From positions 1-64,000 of the forward strand of contig CAVRCJ010000007.1 of assembly GCA_963719515.1 (NCBI GenBank): a stretch of 64,000 nt of DNA. The letters run 5' to 3'. The stretch's first letter is position 1, and each line of letters starts with the position of its first letter. Made by a program: the position numbers and the translations under genes. Under the pieces are notes generated by a model. The model saw only the letters and a program-made list of their open reading frames with translations, ran no database searches and was not told the origin of the DNA. This DNA is from an uncultured cyanobacterium (lineage in GTDB: Bacteria; Cyanobacteriota; Cyanobacteriia; CAKZMO01). Positions 59,279-64,000 of the stretch are shown here, one piece after another.

Positions 59279-60016
59279 ATGTCTGAATCAAGGCGCTACC
59301 TACAGGATATGTATCTTTCAAAAGGACTTATCTCCTCCATTGCTGCGGTTTCTCCCAATGCCGTTTTCTTCAAGCCGACGACAGAAAAAGTTATTGGCCT
59401 GACCATTGATGATGTGCCAACGGCGGGTGAAGCGGGCTACCCCTCGACCCAGCTTATCTTGGAGGCGATCGCCCGCCATAACCAAACCCTTGACGAGCGG
59501 GACCACGCCCACGCCACCTTTTTCGTCATCGGTAGCCAGCTTACCCACGGCACCGATATCCTGCACCAAATTCTGGAGCAGGGCCATGAGCTGGGAAATC
59601 ACGGCATGATGGACTGCTTTCACGTCAGCCAATCGCCTCAGGAATTTGAGGCCGAAATTTGGCGATCGCACGGTTTGCTCACCGAAGGCACTGCTGCCCG
59701 CGTGCAGTGGTTTCGTCCGGGGCGGGCTTTCTTTAACCCCACCATGGTCACCACGCTGAAAGCGCTACAGCCCCAAGGCTATCGCCCGCAGATGGCGCTA
59801 GCTTCGATGATGCCTCTCGACACCCGCGACGAATTCAAGAATCCAGCGTTTACGCTTCAGTACGCCCTGCGGTTTGTGTTCCCCGGAGCAATTCTAGTGC
59901 TGCACGGTGGCAGCGAGGAGCGGGATAGAAATACGGCGATGGTGCTCAAATTGCTGCTGCCTCGCCTTCGCGCCATGGGATACCGGGTGGTGACGCTGTC
60001 TCGGCTGTTTTCTTAG
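59279..60016 (+). CDS. polysaccharide deacetylase (CE4/NodB)
   Basis: LTIDDVP, ATFFVIG, GHELGNHG, WFRPG, GAILVLH. Confidence 0.9.
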   Translation: MSESRRYLQDMYLSKGLISSIAAVSPNAVFFKPTTEKVIGLTIDDVPTAGEAGYPSTQLILEAIARHNQTLDERDHAHATFFVIGSQLTHGTDILHQILEQGHELGNHGMMDCFHVSQSPQEFEAEIWRSHGLLTEGTAARVQWFRPGRAFFNPTMVTTLKALQPQGYRPQMALASMMPLDTRDEFKNPAFTLQYALRFVFPGAILVLHGGSEERDRNTAMVLKLLLPRLRAMGYRVVTLSRLFS

Positions 60017-60192
60017 CGGAGGTAGTAGTTGCCGCGATAGCGCAGGGCGAGGGCGGAATCTATTGACCGAGCGACACCCTGACGGAAGGCCGTTCCGCTG
60101 CCGCGATAGGTCCCCGACAGGCCAAGTTCGGCTGTCTTGATGGAAGTGGTCTTGACAACGAATTCAGCGCCACGGTAGGTAAGATTTTTCAT
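60013..60192 (-). CDS. DUF4278-family small protein (59 aa)
   Basis: Three YRG motifs (LTYRGA, GTYRGS, LRYRGNYY); ATG at 60192. Confidence 0.8.
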   Translation of the reverse strand: MKNLTYRGAEFVVKTTSIKTAELGLSGTYRGSGTAFRQGVARSIDSALALRYRGNYYLR

Positions 60193-60639
60193 GGGGTCAA
60201 AGGGGTAGAGACATCGAAAGCACTGCCTGTGCGCTGCCCTCGATGAGTCTAGTATGACAAAATTTTTCAGCAAGAAAATACTGAAGAGTTGAGATTTGTT
60301 CAGGACTGACCTCAGGTTTATTCAAAGCTTTCTTTCTCCACTCAGGCGATTCAAGCTCACCGAAGCAATAAAAAACGTTAAATGGTCTGCAGTAGAATGT
60401 AGACCGTTGCTATAACCCTGGGCAACAAATTTTACGTCAGAACGTCCAGGTTCTGTAGCAATTATCCTGATGCATTGGGATAATTATGTGTGTTAGCGCT
60501 GATGCGGTGCAGTAGCTTGAGCCGGTCAAATTGTCCTCGCTGGGGCCAATGCAACAGGGGGCAGCGCGGTTTGTCCCTCTAGGGGTAAAAAGGGCGCTTC
60601 GCCCAAAACTTTGCTTGCATAGTCGTCAGGATTGAGCGC

Positions 60640-61950
60640 ATGAATCCTCATCTCAAAACCTTGGGCCGCTTGTCCCTAATCTTAGCTGCCACCATCGGCC
60701 TAGCCTCAGCTATAGACGCAGATCGAAACCGCTTGGGCCTTGTTGTGACCAATTGCCGCACCGCGCTGCCGGATTGCCCAGCGCAAACGCCCACGGCCAC
60801 GATGAACCTGTCTCCCGCTCAGCAGCGGCAGCTCGACGAGCAGGGGGCCGACTATTTGCAGAACGCCAACTCTTACGAGGTGCTGCGGGCCTCTGCCCCT
60901 CCAGCAGAGCGCGGCGATCGCTCCTCTGAAGGTGCGAGTGAACTCGGCGGGGAAAATTCGGGCGACATTACGGGCCGGGTTTACTACTTTCCAGCTCGGG
61001 CCTGGGTGCCCTACGCTGGCCTAACGCTGTTTGGTTTGACGGCTTGGACGACTGCGGAGGTGTTGCTAAGGCAGCGGCGATCGCAGCAGCGGCAGCTCCA
61101 CACCCTCAAGAGTAGCCTGCAGCTCACTCAAAAAAGACTAGCCCAGGCCAAAGCGCTTGGCCGTAGGGAGCAAGAGACAAAGCTTAGAGCAGAGCTAGCC
61201 GCTTGGCAGCAGCAGACTGATACCGCCAATCAAACCGTCGAGCAGCTCAGAGCTGACCTTGAAGGTCTGCAGCATGGTCAGGATGAGGCGGCTGCAGAAA
61301 TCCGCAGGCTGCAGCGTAGCCTGCGGCGCGCGCAGTCAGCGGCGGACCAGGTCGGCCCGCTGGAGCAGGAGCTAATCAATACCCAGGGGACTGAATCGCT
61401 TGCGGTGGCGGAGAATGAGGAATTAAGGCGCGAAAACGAGGGCCTAAAGCGCGATGCAGAAGGCCTAAAGCGCGAGATTTTGGGGCTGCAGAACCGGCTT
61501 GAGACCAGACGTAGCGCTCACACGCTGGCTCAATCTATTAGCTTGAGCCAGGAAGATTACGCGATCGCCCTAAAAGCAACTGAAGCCGACCTCTACCTCG
61601 ACGAAAAGCGCGATATTTTGCTCGACCTGCTGCGTGAGGCGCTGTCCACGGTTCCGGGGAAAAGCCGCAGATTTCATCTCCTGTGCGACCTTATCGACTG
61701 CAACCCTGCGTCGGGGCGTCGGGGCGAGCTGCATGCGCAGGTCCACCAAACCTTGAAGGCGTATCGGTCGATGGATTCTCAAATTGAAAAATCTCTCAGG
61801 CAAATGGGATTCGACCTGAGGAAGACGGGTAAGCACCACAAGATCATATTTTGCGGCGACCCGCGATACGTGGTGACGATGTCCAAAACCGGCAGCGATC
61901 GCCGAGGAGGTCTCAACTTGGTGAGCCAAATCCGCAGGCATTGCCTTTAG
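60640..61950 (+). CDS. membrane-anchored coiled-coil protein with C-terminal HicA-like domain
   Basis: Signal-like N-terminus, TM (WVPYAGLTLFGLTAW), ~150-aa coiled coil, then LRQMGFDLRKTGKHHKI..TMSKTGSDRRG. Confidence 0.6.
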   Translation: MNPHLKTLGRLSLILAATIGLASAIDADRNRLGLVVTNCRTALPDCPAQTPTATMNLSPAQQRQLDEQGADYLQNANSYEVLRASAPPAERGDRSSEGASELGGENSGDITGRVYYFPARAWVPYAGLTLFGLTAWTTAEVLLRQRRSQQRQLHTLKSSLQLTQKRLAQAKALGRREQETKLRAELAAWQQQTDTANQTVEQLRADLEGLQHGQDEAAAEIRRLQRSLRRAQSAADQVGPLEQELINTQGTESLAVAENEELRRENEGLKRDAEGLKREILGLQNRLETRRSAHTLAQSISLSQEDYAIALKATEADLYLDEKRDILLDLLREALSTVPGKSRRFHLLCDLIDCNPASGRRGELHAQVHQTLKAYRSMDSQIEKSLRQMGFDLRKTGKHHKIIFCGDPRYVVTMSKTGSDRRGGLNLVSQIRRHCL

Positions 61951-63494
61951 TCGTCGTAGTCCGCTCCCGCCCCGTACCGCCAGGCCTCTATCCGCCGGTT
62001 TAGGCTGTATCGCTGCCGCAAGGGCAGGTCTCCCAGCAGCGGCCCAGCTGCCTCCCCCAGGGCGCTCAGCCCTGCGTAGGCCCCCAGGCTGCCGTAGTGC
62101 CCCAGCCACCGCAGCAGCGACAAGGGGCCGACCTGAGGGAGCACTCTCAGCGGCATATTGGGGTGGCGCAGTGAGGTTTGAATTAGGGTGCGCGTCAGCG
62201 CCGGGAACTGCACCACGTCCTGCAAAAAGGGCTTAAGCACCGGGTCCCCCAGCCGCTCCATCTCTACAAACACGTCCGACAGCAGCTGGTTGATTTGATT
62301 GGGCGATGCCATCTCACCCACCCCAACGCTCATAGTTTGCTGAAATAGCCAGGTGACCGACAGGCTAGGCTGATAGGGCTGCAGCAGAGCGATCGCTTTT
62401 TGCCCCAGGGCATCGGCCTCCAGCGCTTCTGAGACGCCAGTGGTCAGCCGCGCTAGGTGACGCAGCATTGCCCCGAAGCCGCCAAAGCTCAAAGGAGACT
62501 GATTGCCGCTGCTATCGCCAATAGCCAGTAGGCGATCGACGGGAAACCGCAGCGGGCTATCGCGATAGCAGGGAAAGAGGCCAAACAGGGCGCGCTTGAC
62601 GTCGAGCTGGTCTAAGCTGACGTTTTGATACTGGGGCAGCAGCGTAAAGTAGTCCTCAAACAGATCTTCGAGGTCGGGGCGCTGGGGGTGGGCGTCGAGA
62701 TAGGTAAAAAGGTAGGTGGTGCGCCCGTCGCGGGCGGGGAAGGCTTCCCAAAAGTACTGGCACTGGTTGCGGATGGGGGTAAAGGAAGCCAGCAGGTCCC
62801 CGGTATCGTTTTGGGGATAGCCCGTAGCGCAGGTGCCCACCACCAAGCAGACGGCGTCGGGCTTGCCTCCCCCTCGGGCCTGCAGCGCCAGCGGTGAAGC
62901 GTGGCCCATAGCATCTATGAGCAGGCGGGTCGTCAGAGCGTTCTCTGGCGTTTCCACCCGTACGCCATCCGGATGTACCGTGGCGGATTTGAAGGGCGCT
63001 TGTTCAAAGAGCTCCCCACCTGCCGCTAAAAACTTAGCCTTCAACCGCTCTAGCAGGTACACCGGATCCACACCGATGTTGAGCACATCTTTGACCCAGA
63101 GCTCCGTTCCCTCATGAAAGGCAACGCGGGCCGGGTTGTACTCGGTGGCGATCGCTTCTTTAATTTCCTCGGCGCTCAGCAGCCCTAAGCGCTGAAACAC
63201 CTGGAGCTCTGAGCGGGAAGTATTCCACTCTTGGGCGCGGCCCCGCAGCTGGCCTCGCTCTAGCACCGCCACCCGCCAGCCCTGCGCCGCGAGGGCTGCC
63301 CCCAAGAAAATGCCCAGGGTCCCCCCGGAGATAACCACATCCCAATCCGCTGGGCCCAGCTCGCTGTCATCAGTGCTGTAGGCCTGAGGCACCGAAATTT
63401 GACCCTTTCGCAGCGATCGCCAGCGCTCGTCAGCCTGACGCAGAGCCTGGAGCTGACCCGGCAGGGCCTCCAAAATTTGCTCGGTAATCATCAA
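61947..63494 (-). CDS. cruP: CruA/CruP-family FAD-dependent lycopene-cyclase-like protein
   Basis: GGTLG, RGRAQEWN, LLIDAMGHASP, QYFWEAFP, QSPLSFGGFG; 515 aa fits CruP. Confidence 0.8.
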   Translation of the reverse strand: MMITEQILEALPGQLQALRQADERWRSLRKGQISVPQAYSTDDSELGPADWDVVISGGTLGIFLGAALAAQGWRVAVLERGQLRGRAQEWNTSRSELQVFQRLGLLSAEEIKEAIATEYNPARVAFHEGTELWVKDVLNIGVDPVYLLERLKAKFLAAGGELFEQAPFKSATVHPDGVRVETPENALTTRLLIDAMGHASPLALQARGGGKPDAVCLVVGTCATGYPQNDTGDLLASFTPIRNQCQYFWEAFPARDGRTTYLFTYLDAHPQRPDLEDLFEDYFTLLPQYQNVSLDQLDVKRALFGLFPCYRDSPLRFPVDRLLAIGDSSGNQSPLSFGGFGAMLRHLARLTTGVSEALEADALGQKAIALLQPYQPSLSVTWLFQQTMSVGVGEMASPNQINQLLSDVFVEMERLGDPVLKPFLQDVVQFPALTRTLIQTSLRHPNMPLRVLPQVGPLSLLRWLGHYGSLGAYAGLSALGEAAGPLLGDLPLRQRYSLNRRIEAWRYGAGADYDD

Positions 63495-63524
63495 TCGCGA
63501 CCTGGCTGATCGCGGTCTAGTCCA

Positions 63525-64000
63525 TTACTCTCCACCGCCGCGCTCCAGATTTTCTAGCCCAGAGACCACCCGCGCCGTCTCAATGCGATCGCCCTGTTGA
63601 ATGTCGTCGACAATGGCCATATCTTCCTCCTCAACGGAGCCAAACACCGCATACTCGCCGTCTAAAAAGCTGAGGTCTGACAAAGCAACGTAGAACTGGG
63701 ACGAGGCAGAATCTGGGAACTGAGAGCGAGCCATAGCGACTGCCCCGCGAACGTGGCGAAGCCGAGGCGGGTCAGTGATACCGGCGGCGGAAAAGGGCTG
63801 GCTGTAGGTCGGCTCGTCGGCCCCTTGAGGCACAATTTCTAGAGGGATATAGCGGGGAGCTCCCGTATCCGGATCGTTAAAGCTGCCGGTGCCCAGGCGC
63901 TCCTGGGGGAAGTCGGGGTCTTTACTTTGAGGATCGCCCGCCTGAACGACGAAGGGTTCGGGCTCCCGGACGACGCGATGAAACGAAACGCCGTCGTATA
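63525..64000 (-). CDS. cyclophilin-type peptidyl-prolyl isomerase (5' end outside the window)
   Basis: YDGVSFHRVVREPEPFVVQAGDP, GAVAMARS, SASSQFY, YAVFG. Confidence 0.92.
   Translation of the reverse strand, partial: YDGVSFHRVVREPEPFVVQAGDPQSKDPDFPQERLGTGSFNDPDTGAPRYIPLEIVPQGADEPTYSQPFSAAGITDPPRLRHVRGAVAMARSQFPDSASSQFYVALSDLSFLDGEYAVFGSVEEEDMAIVDDIQQGDRIETARVVSGLENLERGGGE

Noticed and set aside
60193..60400. Glutamine riboswitch upstream of the DUF4278 gene
   Set aside because: I looked for the glnA-motif hallmarks (CGTTCA..GACGGAAGT..GAAGGAACG) and did not find them
1..64000. tRNA, rRNA, integrase or prophage genes, and the many long antisense ORFs
   Set aside because: No RNA gene or phage hallmark was recognised by eye; the antisense ORFs overlap well-supported genes and reflect high GC

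Overview
Chromosomal segment of a GC-rich cyanobacterium (HIP1 octamer GCGATCGC throughout; cyanobacterial-type genes such as cruP, DUF4278 and PatA), most likely including oriC just upstream of dnaN. Left part (1-12 kb): a phosphorothioation-associated helicase / small protein / SMC-like ATPase / dnd-associated-4 cluster interrupted by an MNT-HEPN pair with a nonsense mutation, then three tnpB-only IS200/IS605 elements, two of them near-identical inverted copies flanking an alpha-amylase. 12-30 kb: sensor kinases, a KaiC-like ATPase coupled to a kinase, Uma2, a low-GC AAA-ATPase/DUF4276 pair, RND efflux genes and an MscS-DEP fusion. 30-41 kb: a chemosensory operon (MCP, three-Hpt CheA, CheB, CheR, double CheW) with three single-base frameshifts, and a divergent PatA-type regulator. 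43-64 kb: oriC-dnaN, a non-autonomous IS605 derivative that keeps the omega-RNA end, and housekeeping and stress genes. The most unusual items are a secreted precursor made of exactly six 16-aa repeats, two paralogous small genes each behind a ~215-nt structured leader, 24-25 nt double-hairpin mini-insertions that land in a catalytic codon, a stop codon and a HIP1 site, and a membrane-anchored coiled coil ending in a HicA-like domain. All calls come from reading motifs by eye; no database search was run.
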